Source of the DNA: an uncultured Actinomycetota bacterium
Lineage (GTDB): Bacteria > Actinomycetota > Actinomycetes > Mycobacteriales > Geodermatophilaceae
DNA length: 64,000 bases
Assembly (NCBI GenBank): GCA_963747895.1
Contig: CAVVGX010000011.1
Span: 38,646-102,645, forward strand
Direction of reading: 5' to 3'
Shown here: in pieces, positions 18,339-27,167 of the stretch
How the letters are laid out: each line of letters starts with the position of its first letter
Position numbering within the stretch: the first letter of the stretch is position 1
Position numbers and translations under genes: made by a program
Notes under the pieces: generated by a model
The model's database searches: none
Seen by the model: the letters and a program-made list of their open reading frames with translations, nothing else
What the model was told of the DNA's origin: nothing

Positions 18339-19256
18339 ATGCAGACGTTCCTGCCGGTCGCCGACTTCACCGAGTCCGCCCGCCTCCTGGACAACCCCCG
18401 GCTCGGCAAGCAGCGCGTGGAGTGCCTGCAGGTGCTGCGCGCGCTGGAGCTGCCCGACTACGGCTGGGCCAACCACCCGGTGGTCACCATGTGGCGGGGC
18501 CACACCGCCGGCCTGGTCGTCTACTCGCTCGCGATGGTCCGCGTCTGGCGCGAGCGGGGCTTCGCCGACACCACCGAGACCCTCATCGCCGAGTTCGCCC
18601 CCGACGCCGCCAGGATGACGCAGGACGAGGCGGCCGCCGCCGGGCTCCTGCCCAGCTGGGTCGGCGACGAGGAGCTGCACCTCTCGCACCGGTCCAACCT
18701 GCTGGCCAAGGACCCGGAGTTCTACCGCCCCCGTTTCCCCGGCGACCCCGACGACCTGCCGTACACGTGGCCCGGCTCCGACGACGTGCCGCCGTCACCG
18801 GCGCCCGAGGGGGTCGGCGTGTGGGTCGTGCGGCCGCGCGCGCACAACGAGCTGGGGGCCTGCCTCGCCGCGGGGGTGATCGGCCTGGGCACCCAGTCGG
18901 GCATCGACGTCGACGCGACGGGGCTCTCGGCCGAGGAGCTGCGGGCACTGTCCAAGGAGCTGTCGGGGCGCCGCCCGGCCAAGGACCTCCGCCAGCTGTC
19001 GGCCTTCCTCGACGACATGGCGCCGGGCGATCGCGTGGCGCTGCCCGTCGAGCACGGTGCCGGGCTGCTGCTGGGGGAGGTCGTGGGGGACTACCTCTTC
19101 CAGGGGCGCGAGCTGCTGCCGCACCGGCGGGCGGCCCGCTGGGAGCGGGTGGTGCCGCGGTCGGCCGCGCTCCCGCCGGCCACCCTGCAGGACCCCCGGG
19201 CGCTCTTCCGCGTGGTGCTCGACGCTGACGTCCTGGCTGATCGGGCGCTGTCCTAG
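18339..19256 (+). CDS. MSMEG_6728-family domain fused to a ~120-aa C-terminal module
   Basis: N-terminus MQTFLPVADFTESARLLDNPRLGKQRVECLQVLRAL ... HLSHRSNLL. From residue ~185 there is a separate domain (GVWVVRP...GVIGLG...MAPGDRVALP...LLLGEVVGDYLF...RW). Confidence 0.65.
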   Translation: MQTFLPVADFTESARLLDNPRLGKQRVECLQVLRALELPDYGWANHPVVTMWRGHTAGLVVYSLAMVRVWRERGFADTTETLIAEFAPDAARMTQDEAAAAGLLPSWVGDEELHLSHRSNLLAKDPEFYRPRFPGDPDDLPYTWPGSDDVPPSPAPEGVGVWVVRPRAHNELGACLAAGVIGLGTQSGIDVDATGLSAEELRALSKELSGRRPAKDLRQLSAFLDDMAPGDRVALPVEHGAGLLLGEVVGDYLFQGRELLPHRRAARWERVVPRSAALPPATLQDPRALFRVVLDADVLADRALS

Positions 19257-19663
19257 CTGCCCGGGAGCGGGACGTTCTGCAGCCGCACCCGGCCCTGGGC
19301 GACCAGCTTGCCGTCGTCGGCGCGGGTCAGCGTGACCTGCCACAGCTGCTGGGTGCGGCCCTGCTGCACCGGCTCGGCGACGACGTCGATCCGCCCGGCG
19401 GTCATCGACCGGATGAAGTCGGTGCTGTTGTTCACGCCGACCGAGAACTGGCCGTGCTCCCGCACCGCCGTGCTCGCCCCGATGCTGGCCGCGGACTCGA
19501 CGATCGCGCAGTAGACGCCGCCGTGGACGACGCCCCACGGGGTGTGGTGCTCCGGGCCGAGCTCGGCGGACCCGGTCACCCGCGTGCCGCTGACGTCCTC
19601 GGTGGTGAGTCCCATGGCGCCGACGAACGCCGACGCCGGGCCGCCGGGCTGCTCGGCGCTCAT
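19253..19663 (-). CDS. PaaI-family (hotdog) thioesterase
   Basis: HHTPWGVVHGGVYCAIVESAAS motif. 136 aa. Its start overlaps the stop of the upstream VOC gene (ATGA). Confidence 0.85.
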   Translation of the reverse strand: MSAEQPGGPASAFVGAMGLTTEDVSGTRVTGSAELGPEHHTPWGVVHGGVYCAIVESAASIGASTAVREHGQFSVGVNNSTDFIRSMTAGRIDVVAEPVQQGRTQQLWQVTLTRADDGKLVAQGRVRLQNVPLPGS

Positions 19664-20016
19664 GCGTCCCACACCAGGCAGAAGGGGTGGCCGACCGGGT
19701 CGGCGTAGACGCGGAAGTCGCCGCCCTCCCCGGGGAGCCGGCGCGCACCGAGGGCGAGCACCTTCGGCTCGGCCTCTTCGATGTCGGCCACGCGGATGTC
19801 GAGGTGGAACTGCTGCGGCCGCTCGGGATCGGGCCAGTCCGGCGGGCGCAGGTCGGGTGCCTGCTGGAAGGCGATGCGGTACCCCGCGCCGGTCACCACC
19901 ACCCAGTCGTCCCCGGGCTGCCCCTTCACCTCCATCCCGAGCAGGTCGGCGTAGAAGCGGGCGAGGGCGTGCGCGTCGGGCGCGTCGATCACGACGGAGT
20001 GCAGCTGGCCGATCAT
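19660..20016 (-). CDS. VOC (glyoxalase/bleomycin-resistance) family protein
   Basis: MIGQLHSVVIDAPDAHALARFYADLLG ... FHLDIRV ... ADPVGHPFCL. ATG 20016 chosen over the longer ORF. Confidence 0.8.
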   Translation of the reverse strand: MIGQLHSVVIDAPDAHALARFYADLLGMEVKGQPGDDWVVVTGAGYRIAFQQAPDLRPPDWPDPERPQQFHLDIRVADIEEAEPKVLALGARRLPGEGGDFRVYADPVGHPFCLVWDA

Positions 20017-20096
20017 GAGCCCATCCTGGCGTCCGCCCGCGGCGGTCTCCAGCCGGATCCCGGCCGCGAACCGCACCGATCGGGCCACCACCCCCG

Positions 20097-20831
20097 GTGC
20101 GACGTCCCGGTGCCGTGGCGCAGGATCGGACCGTGGCCCCGACCCCGCCCGTCCTGGGCTCCCTGACCTGGCTGCCCGCGACCGAGCACCCCGAGCTGCT
20201 CGGCGCCCCGGTCGCCGCGGCGCTGTCCCAGCTCGCCGGCCCCGCGTGGGTGGCCGCGATCGACGACGAGCTCGCCGACACCGCGGCGTTCACCGAGGCC
20301 TACGGGGTGCCGGCCGAGGCCTCGGCGAACTGCGTGGTGATCGCGGCCCGCCGCGCCGGGCAGACCACGCTGGCCGCCTGCCTGGTGCTGGCCACCACCC
20401 GCGCCGACGTGAACGGACTGGGCCGCCGGCACCTCGGTGCCCGGAAGGCATCCTTCGCGCCGCAGGACGTCGCCGTCGCCGAGAGCGGGATGGCCTACGG
20501 CGGCATCACGCCGGTCGGGCTTCCCTCGTCGTGGCCGGTGCTCGTCGACGCCGCGGTGGCCGCCGCCGACCTCGTGGTGATCGGCTCGGGCACCCGCGGC
20601 AGCAAGCTCGCCGTCCCCGGCGCGGTGCTGGCGGCTCTGCCGTCGGCGGAGGTGCTCGACGGGCTCGGCCAGCCGCTGCAGGACGACCCCCCGCCCGTGC
20701 CCGCGCCGCCCGCGGCCGCCCGCCGTGCCCCCGACGACAGCGACGTGGGCTGGGGCGAGCGACCGGCCGACCCCTCCGACAGCGACCGGCGCTACCTGGA
20801 GGACCGGCCGCCGCACTGGGGCAGCGACTGA
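20097..20831 (+). CDS. YbaK/EbsC-type aminoacyl-tRNA deacylase domain protein with Pro/Asp-rich C-terminal tail
   Basis: ANCVVIAARRAGQTTLAACLV..., ESGMAYGGITPVGLP. Tail ...DDSDVGWGERPADPSDSDRRYLEDRPPHWGSD. Start uncertain. Confidence 0.7.
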   Translation: MRRPGAVAQDRTVAPTPPVLGSLTWLPATEHPELLGAPVAAALSQLAGPAWVAAIDDELADTAAFTEAYGVPAEASANCVVIAARRAGQTTLAACLVLATTRADVNGLGRRHLGARKASFAPQDVAVAESGMAYGGITPVGLPSSWPVLVDAAVAAADLVVIGSGTRGSKLAVPGAVLAALPSAEVLDGLGQPLQDDPPPVPAPPAAARRAPDDSDVGWGERPADPSDSDRRYLEDRPPHWGSD

Positions 20832-20833
20832 CC

Positions 20834-21280
20834 TCAGAGCTGCCCGGGCAGCGCCGTCGTCCCGGGGCCGGACGGGTCGTGCCCCGGGCCCTGGCCCTGC
20901 TGGGAGCGCAGCAGGTCGCGGATCTCGACCAGCAGCTCGACCTGGGTGGGGGCGACCGGCCCGGCCTCCTGGCCGGCGGCGCGCCGCTCCATCAGCTTCT
21001 TCATCGGGATGACCACCACGAAGTAGACGACCGCCGCGGTGAGCACGAAGGTGATGACGGCGTTGATGAACGCGGCCCAGTCGAACTCCTGGTCGTCGAT
21101 CGTGAAGGTGCCGCCGTCCAGACCCCCGCCACCGACCAGGGCGATCAACGGCTGGAGGAACGAGGCGGTGAACTGCGCGACCAGCGCGGTGAAGGCGGCG
21201 CCGATCACGACGGCGACGGCGAGGTCGACGACGTTGCCGCGCAGCAGGAAGTCCTTGAAGCCCTTGATCATGGGCGCCAT
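20834..21280 (-). CDS. mscL: Large-conductance mechanosensitive channel
   Basis: MIKGFKDFLLRGNVVDLAVAVVIGAAF; two TM helices; C-terminal helix. Confidence 0.95.
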   Translation of the reverse strand: MAPMIKGFKDFLLRGNVVDLAVAVVIGAAFTALVAQFTASFLQPLIALVGGGGLDGGTFTIDDQEFDWAAFINAVITFVLTAAVVYFVVVIPMKKLMERRAAGQEAGPVAPTQVELLVEIRDLLRSQQGQGPGHDPSGPGTTALPGQL

Positions 21281-21323
21281 ACAACTACTCCCTGCGGACC
21301 TTCCTGACGAGGGCTCCGCAGGC

Positions 21324-21941
21324 TCACGGTGGTGGCAGGCTCACGGTGAGCGTCGCCGTCGTGGCGGCTGCGGCCAGGCGGGCCGCGGTGGTGGTGTCCA
21401 CGGCCACCAGCAGCAGCCCGGCGCCGGGGTCGTCCCCGGACCCGCCGGCCGCCAGCACGCGCACGCCGGATGCCAGCGTCTCGGCCTCGACGGCTCCCGG
21501 CTCGGTGGCGAGCACGTCGACCCGGTCGCCGGTGCGCACGAGCCCCGCCACCGCGAGGTCCGCCAGCCGGACCGGTGCCGCCACGTACCCGCCCGGCAGC
21601 AGGCTGGTCAGCCCGGGCCCCACCAGCCGGGTGTCGGTGAGCGGCTCACCGGCGCGCACCGGGCCGGCGAGCACCCGGCCCACCAGCAGGTCCGGTTCCG
21701 CGACGACCCCGGCGGGTGCGGTGCCCGGTGGATAGCGGCCGAGCGTCAGGTCCCCGGCCTCGAGCACCCGTCCGGCGTCCAGCGAGCGCACCGCGACCAC
21801 CACGGGCTGCGGCTGCGGTGCCGCGGCATCGGCCCCCGGGCCCGGGCGCAGCGCCAGCACGAGTGCGAGCGCCGCCAGCAGACCGGCGGAGACCCGGCGG
21901 GCCAGGAGCGCCGGGGAGCGGGGACGGCGGAGGCGCGGCAT
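21324..21941 (-). CDS. SAF domain-containing protein (CpaB/RcpC-like)
   Basis: N-terminal TM, then VVVAVRSLDAGRVLEAGDL... (SAF) and GDRVDVLA. Conserved neighbour of mscL in actinobacteria. Confidence 0.7.
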   Translation of the reverse strand: MPRLRRPRSPALLARRVSAGLLAALALVLALRPGPGADAAAPQPQPVVVAVRSLDAGRVLEAGDLTLGRYPPGTAPAGVVAEPDLLVGRVLAGPVRAGEPLTDTRLVGPGLTSLLPGGYVAAPVRLADLAVAGLVRTGDRVDVLATEPGAVEAETLASGVRVLAAGGSGDDPGAGLLLVAVDTTTAARLAAAATTATLTVSLPPP

Positions 21942-21961
21942 GCACCGAGCCTGGCCGAGTG

Positions 21962-21982
21962 GCCGGAGCAGTGGGCTCCGGC
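21962..21982 (-). terminator. Hairpin downstream of the zinc-ribbon gene
   Basis: GCCGGAGC-agtgg-GCTCCGGC, an 8-bp perfect stem. No U tract. Confidence 0.3.
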
Positions 21983-22030
21983 GGCCTCAGCTGTGGACGG
22001 ACCCGCCGGCTGTGGACGGGCCTCCCGTGC

Positions 22031-22348
22031 TCAGTCCGCGGCCTTGGAGCTGCTGCCGGAGGTGGAGGCGGGGGTGCTCGCGGCCGGCGTCGACGTGGAG
22101 GAGCCGGCCTTGGAGCTGTCCGAGGAGGAGGTGTTCGAGGACGCGCTCTCCGAGGCCGACGAGGTCTTCCGGCTGTCGGTCCGGTAGAAGCCCGAGCCCT
22201 TGAAGACGACGCCGACGGAGCCGTAGACCTTGCGCACCGGCGCACCGCACTCGGGGCACTCGGTCAGGGCGGCGTCGCTGAACGACTGCACCACCTCGAA
22301 CTCGTGCTTCCCCTCGGGGTTGGTGCAGGCGTACTGGTAGGTGGGCAC
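22031..22348 (-). CDS. FmdB-family zinc-ribbon protein with Ser-rich disordered tail (Rv0991c/Ruc-like)
   Basis: (V/M)PTYQYACTNPEGKHEFEVVQSFSD..LTECPECGAPVRKV, then an S/T-rich tail. GTG 22348 with AGGGAG upstream. Confidence 0.85.
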   Translation of the reverse strand: MPTYQYACTNPEGKHEFEVVQSFSDAALTECPECGAPVRKVYGSVGVVFKGSGFYRTDSRKTSSASESASSNTSSSDSSKAGSSTSTPAASTPASTSGSSSKAAD

Positions 22349-22459
22349 GGTGCTGGGCTCCCTGGTCGAGCGGAGGTGGGTGCCGGGCTGGCACTCTCGC
22401 CCGGCGACTGCCAATGATGCGCCATCGTGCCGCCGCCCGTCCACGACCGCCGGCGAGGG

Positions 22460-25033
22460 TCACCTCTGCGGGACGCGCCGGACGGCGAGCAGGCAGACGT
22501 CGTCGCGCCGACTGCGTGAGCCGAGGAGGCGATTCAGTGCGGTGGAGCAGGCCTCCGGGGCGGTGCGGGCCGGTCCCTCGGTCAGGGCGGTCTCGAGCTC
22601 GGCGAGCCCCTCGTCGATGTCGCGGTGCCTGTCCTCGATGAGGCCGTCGGTGTAGAGCAGCAGGACCGAGTCGAGGGTCAGGCGGACGTGCCCCCTGTCG
22701 TACCTGGTGTCCTCGGTGGCGCCGAGCATCCGTCCGGGCGCGTCGGTGAGGTACCGCGGTCGGCCGTCGGGTCCGCTCAGCAGTGGGGGCGGATGCCCGG
22801 CGTTGGCGTAGGTCAGATCTCCGGTGCCGGTGTCCAGGACCGCGTAGAGGGCGGTGGCCATCGATCCGGGCAGCATCCGCGTCAGGGCGGCGTTGGTGCG
22901 CTCCAGCACGACGGCGGGGTCGGTGGCGTCCATCGCGTAGGTGCGCATGATGGTGCGCAGCTGGCCCATCGTCGCCCCGGCGGCGATGCTGTGGCCCACC
23001 ACGTCCCCGATGGCCAGTCCGAGGCAGGTGCCGGTCAGCGGGAAGACGTCGTACCAGTCCCCGCCGACCTCGACCCCGGCGGTGGTGGCCAGGTACCGGA
23101 CGGCCAGCTCGACGCCGGGAACGGCCGGCAGGGTCTCGGGCAGCAGGGCTCGTTGCAGCGTCTCGGAGACCGTGTGCTCGCGGGCGAAGGCCTCGGCGTT
23201 GGCCAGCCCGACCGCCAGGCGCCGGCCGAGTTCCTCGACGACGGCGACGTCCGAGGACGAGAAGGGGTGCCCGGAGCTGCAGCGACCGAGCACGAGCACG
23301 CCGCGGCTGCCTGCGCCGAGGCCGAGCGGAACGGACAGGACGCTGTCTGCGCCGAGCCGGCGGGCGAGCTGTGCCGACCACGGATCCAGCGCCGATGCGG
23401 CGCCGGCCCGGGACAGCCCGTGCAGAACCCGGCTGCGGCCGGTGAGGTACGGCGCGGTGAACCCCCGGTCGGAGGGCGGGACGGGTTGGTCGCCGAGGGT
23501 GTCGAGGACGGCGGCGGGGGTGTCCTCGCCGTGCTGGCCCGCGACCGGGCGCAGCCGGCGGCCGTCGGTGGGCAGCAGGACGAGCGCGATGTCGGCCAGT
23601 GCCGGGACCAGCAGCCGGGTGGAATGCTCGAGCAACCGGTCCGGGTCCCGGGTGGCGGCGGCCAGGGAACCGGCGCGCAGCAGCAGGGCGAGCCCTTCCT
23701 CGGCGCGGGCGGCTTCGGCGCGGGCGGCCTGGGCGTTGGCCAGCAGACCCGCGCGCTCGGCCTCGGCGCGCTGCCGTTCGGACAGGTCGGCGACGAAGGT
23801 GACCCAGCGCAGCGGATCGCGGTCGATGACCGCGGCGCCGATCAGGATCGGCACCCGGGTGCCGTCGGGGCGCAGGTACTCCTTCTCGAAGGGGCGGCAG
23901 GCGCCGGTGTCCCGGAGCTCGTCGACGGCCTGCTCGTCGCGGGGGACCCACTCCGGCGGGGTCATCGCCCGCCAGTCGATGCGTCCGGCGTCCAGGTCCT
24001 CCCGGTCCCGGCCGACCATGCGCAGGAATGCGTCGTTGGCATCGGTGACGCCGTGCTCGTCGGCGACCAGCACACCCAGCACGTCGGCGTCGCGCAGCCG
24101 GCTCACGAAGCTGTTCCGTTCCTGCAGCGCGGCGGCGGTCCGGCGCTGCTCGGTGACGTCGCTGAACATCGCGTAGGCCCGCCGTGGCCGGCCCGACCCG
24201 TCCCGGTCGAAGGGGACGCCGATCACCGACAGCCACCGGCGCTGCCCCGTCCGGCCGTCCGTCACGCCCATGACGGTGGCGTCGGTGACACCGCCGGTCG
24301 TCAACGCGACCATCGCCGGATGCTGCTCCCCGGGCAGGGGCGCGCCGTCCTCGCGGACCGACTGCCAGCGGGAGTCCTGGGGGCTCAGCCCGACGAGGGT
24401 CTCCTCGCCGACGCCGAGGATCGCGGTGGCGGCCGGGTTGGCCGCGACGATCGCGCCGTCGGCGTCGTGGTGGACGACGCCGTAGGGCATGGTCTCGAAC
24501 AGGGTGCGGTGCCGTTCCTCGGATCCGGCCAGCTGCTCGGTGAGCTGCGCCGTCCGCTGCTGGTCGCGCACGTGGGCGGTGACGTCGGCCGCGTGCACCA
24601 GGATCCCGAGCACGGCGCCGTCCTCGGACACGGGCTGGTAGACGAAGTCGACGAAGATCTGCTCCCGGTCCCCGTCCGGGCCGACCAGCCACACCTCGGC
24701 GGCGCGCCCCTCCGCCGCCTCCCCGGTCCTCATGACCCGGTCGAGCATCTCGACGTAGCCCTGACCCGCCAGTTCCGGCAGCGCGTCCCGCACCCACCGG
24801 CCGACCACCTCCCGGCCGCCGACCAGCCGCCGGTAGAGGTCGTTGGCGAACCGGAACACGTGCTCGGGGCCGGCCAGGTAGGCCACTCCGGCCGGCAGCC
24901 TGCCCAGCAGCTCCAGTCCGGCAGGGAGACCGCCGGCTGACGGAGGGCTCTCGGCCGTGGACGCCGCGATCGGGAACACCGCGGACGACGGGTCGACGTC
25001 CCCCGGTCGCGGTTGCGGGGTGCTCACGCCCAC
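22460..25033 (-). CDS. PAS(x3)-GAF-PP2C (SpoIIE-type) serine phosphatase
   Basis: Three PAS-like blocks, a coiled linker and a GAF region. PP2C motifs VGGDWYDVF, GDVVGHS, LLLYTDGLIE. Confidence 0.85.
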   Translation of the reverse strand: MGVSTPQPRPGDVDPSSAVFPIAASTAESPPSAGGLPAGLELLGRLPAGVAYLAGPEHVFRFANDLYRRLVGGREVVGRWVRDALPELAGQGYVEMLDRVMRTGEAAEGRAAEVWLVGPDGDREQIFVDFVYQPVSEDGAVLGILVHAADVTAHVRDQQRTAQLTEQLAGSEERHRTLFETMPYGVVHHDADGAIVAANPAATAILGVGEETLVGLSPQDSRWQSVREDGAPLPGEQHPAMVALTTGGVTDATVMGVTDGRTGQRRWLSVIGVPFDRDGSGRPRRAYAMFSDVTEQRRTAAALQERNSFVSRLRDADVLGVLVADEHGVTDANDAFLRMVGRDREDLDAGRIDWRAMTPPEWVPRDEQAVDELRDTGACRPFEKEYLRPDGTRVPILIGAAVIDRDPLRWVTFVADLSERQRAEAERAGLLANAQAARAEAARAEEGLALLLRAGSLAAATRDPDRLLEHSTRLLVPALADIALVLLPTDGRRLRPVAGQHGEDTPAAVLDTLGDQPVPPSDRGFTAPYLTGRSRVLHGLSRAGAASALDPWSAQLARRLGADSVLSVPLGLGAGSRGVLVLGRCSSGHPFSSSDVAVVEELGRRLAVGLANAEAFAREHTVSETLQRALLPETLPAVPGVELAVRYLATTAGVEVGGDWYDVFPLTGTCLGLAIGDVVGHSIAAGATMGQLRTIMRTYAMDATDPAVVLERTNAALTRMLPGSMATALYAVLDTGTGDLTYANAGHPPPLLSGPDGRPRYLTDAPGRMLGATEDTRYDRGHVRLTLDSVLLLYTDGLIEDRHRDIDEGLAELETALTEGPARTAPEACSTALNRLLGSRSRRDDVCLLAVRRVPQR

Positions 25034-25585
25034 GTACGTCTCCTAGCTGCTTCGCGGACGGGGAAGAACCCGCACGCGCCGGGGGCCGGACGCGCCGCCG
25101 GCTCGGTATCGGCCGCCGACCCCCTCGTCCGTCAGTCTGCCGCGCCCGGCCCGCGGCGTCACCATCCGGAACCGGTGGATGTGGTCCACGGCTCCGCCGG
25201 GAGACGCGCCGCCCGCTGGCGGATGGCCCTGGTCCTCGGGGTCGTCTGCCACTGACCGCACGTGCGGGTCCGGCCTGTACCGGCAGCACCGGACCGTGAC
25301 CGATGTCCGGGGCTCCCGCTGCGCCACAGACCGGGCCCGCGGACCGACGGCCCGCGGACCGGCGAGGCGGAGGGCCCATGTCGAGCCACCGGGTTGCCGT
25401 GCGGGTGACCGGCGCCGTCGGGCACGTTCACCGGCGCCGTGATCCAGACGAGCTCTCGACCTGCCTCGTCGAGGTCGGTGCACCGCTGGCGACGCGCACG
25501 CCGCTCCGGGCCCGCCCACACGGGGGTGCGGAGCCCCATGCTGTGGCGGCGAGGTCCGAGCGCACCGACCAGCGGGGAGCGGCCG

Positions 25586-27097
25586 ATGACCATCGGGGAG
25601 ACGGGGGCCGGTCTCCGCTACGGGCAGGCGTCGGGGCGGTGGGTGCTGCTGGCGACGGTGCTCGGCTCCGGCATGGCGTTCATCGACGGCACCGTGGTGA
25701 CCATCGCGCTCCCGCAGATCGGCGCGGACCTGGGGGACAGCCCCGCGGGGCTGCAATGGGTGGTCAACGGGTACACGCTGCCCCTCGCGGCCCTGATCCT
25801 CCTCGGGGGCTCGCTGGGTGACCGGTTCGGCCGCCGACGGGTCTTCCTCATCGGCGTGACCGTGTTCGCCGTGGCCTCGCTGCTGTGCGCACTGGCCCCC
25901 ACCATCGGCATGCTCGTGGCGGCGCGGGCGGTCCAGGGCGTGGGCGGCGCCCTGCTCACACCCGGCTCGCTGGCGATCATCCAGGCCTCGTTCGCCCCGT
26001 CGGACCGCGACCAGGCCATCGGCGCCTGGTCGGGGCTCGCCGGTGTGGCCGGTGCCATCGGCCCGCTGCTGGGCGGCGCACTGGTCGAGGCGTCGAGCTG
26101 GCGGCTGGTCTTCCTCATCAACGTGCCCGTCGCGGCCGCCGTGCTGTGGGTCGCCGCGCGGCACGTCCCCGAGTCGATGGACCCGGCCGCTCCGCGACGG
26201 ATCGACGTCCCCGGGGCCCTGCTCTGCGGACTGGCCCTGGGCGGCCTGACCTACGGGCTCACCGCCTGGGCCGGCCGGGGCGGAGCCGACCCGGTCGTGC
26301 TCGGCTCGTTGCTCGTCGGCGCCGCGGGGCTGGTCCTCTTCGTCCGGTCGCAGGGGCGCTCCGCCAACCCGCTGCTGCCGCTCGTCGTCTTCGCCTCGCG
26401 CACCTTCCGGGTCGTCAACCTGGTCACCTTCGCCGTCTACGCGGCACTCGGCGGCGTCTTCTTCCTCCTGGTGGTCCAGCTGCAGGTCGTGGCGGGCTTC
26501 ACGCCGCTGGCCGCGGGGACGGCGCTGCTGCCCCTGACGGTGCTGATGCTGCTGCTCTCCGCCCGGGCGGGCGCGCTCGCCGCCGCGGTGGGACCGCGGC
26601 TGCCGATGACCGCGGGGCCCCTGCTCTGCGCGGTCGCCCTGGTCCTCACCTCGCAGATCGGCCCGGGTGCCACCTACCTGGCCGATGTCCTCCCCGCCGT
26701 GACGCTGCTCGGCCTCGGCCTCTCGCTGACCGTCGCGCCACTCACCTCGACGGCGCTGGGCGCGGTCGACGTCCGGCACGCGGGAGTGGCCAGCGGCTTC
26801 AACAACGCCGTCGCCCGCACCGCCGGCCTCCTCGCCGTCGCGCTGCTGCCGCTGCTGTCCGGCGTCGGGGCGAGCCTGACCGACGCCGCGACGCTGGACC
26901 CCGCCTTCCGCACGTCCATGCTCATCTGCGCCGGGCTCATGGTGGCGGGGTCGGTCGTCGCGGCGGTCGGTCTCCCGCGGGGCACGTGGCGGCGCCCCAC
27001 CCCGGCGCCGCCCGCCCGCATGCACTGCGCCGTCGACGCGCCGCCGCTGGCCGCCGGCGCGCTGCGCGCAGGACCGCGGGCGGGGGATCCGGGCTGA
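25586..27097 (+). CDS. MFS transporter, DHA2 (14-TMS EmrB/QacA) type
   Basis: LGSGMAFIDGTVVTIALPQI, GSLGDRFGRRRVF, AVQGVGGALLTPGSLAII. GGGGAG RBS before ATG 25586. Confidence 0.85.
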   Translation: MTIGETGAGLRYGQASGRWVLLATVLGSGMAFIDGTVVTIALPQIGADLGDSPAGLQWVVNGYTLPLAALILLGGSLGDRFGRRRVFLIGVTVFAVASLLCALAPTIGMLVAARAVQGVGGALLTPGSLAIIQASFAPSDRDQAIGAWSGLAGVAGAIGPLLGGALVEASSWRLVFLINVPVAAAVLWVAARHVPESMDPAAPRRIDVPGALLCGLALGGLTYGLTAWAGRGGADPVVLGSLLVGAAGLVLFVRSQGRSANPLLPLVVFASRTFRVVNLVTFAVYAALGGVFFLLVVQLQVVAGFTPLAAGTALLPLTVLMLLLSARAGALAAAVGPRLPMTAGPLLCAVALVLTSQIGPGATYLADVLPAVTLLGLGLSLTVAPLTSTALGAVDVRHAGVASGFNNAVARTAGLLAVALLPLLSGVGASLTDAATLDPAFRTSMLICAGLMVAGSVVAAVGLPRGTWRRPTPAPPARMHCAVDAPPLAAGALRAGPRAGDPG

Positions 27098-27145
27098 GCG
27101 CGGCGGCCGGAACGCCGGCGGCCGGGTTCCGGGGGGCGCGGCTAC

Positions 27146-27167
27146 TGTCTGCGTGTGCGCGCAGACA
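27146..27167. promoter_or_regulatory. Candidate ArsR-family operator (8-6-8 inverted repeat)
   Basis: TGTCTGCG-tgtgcg-CGCAGACA with perfect 8-bp arms, straddling the first possible start codon of the ArsR gene. Confidence 0.35.

Noticed and set aside
17154-19256. Sir2-containing anti-phage defence system (Thoeris/DSR/SIR2-HerA type)
   Set aside because: The sirtuin is short, with an intact Zn-ribbon and canonical deacylase motifs. No TIR, HerA, pAgo, helicase or nuclease partner is present, and the neighbours look like housekeeping genes. It is retained only as a possible DNA-repair-linked operon.
21987-25379. 1130-aa minus-strand ORF, the longest in the region
   Set aside because: The Arg/Pro/Gly-dominated translation has no motifs. 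It is out of frame with, and fully overlaps, the well-supported PAS-GAF-PP2C gene (22460-25033). This is a typical shadow ORF of a stop-codon-poor high-G+C genome.
25159-25593. 144-aa minus-strand ORF in the long intergenic region
   Set aside because: Some GC3 bias, but the sequence is Arg/Gly/Pro-rich with no family resemblance, and it overlaps the MFS start. It is kept only as part of the unexplained-region finding.
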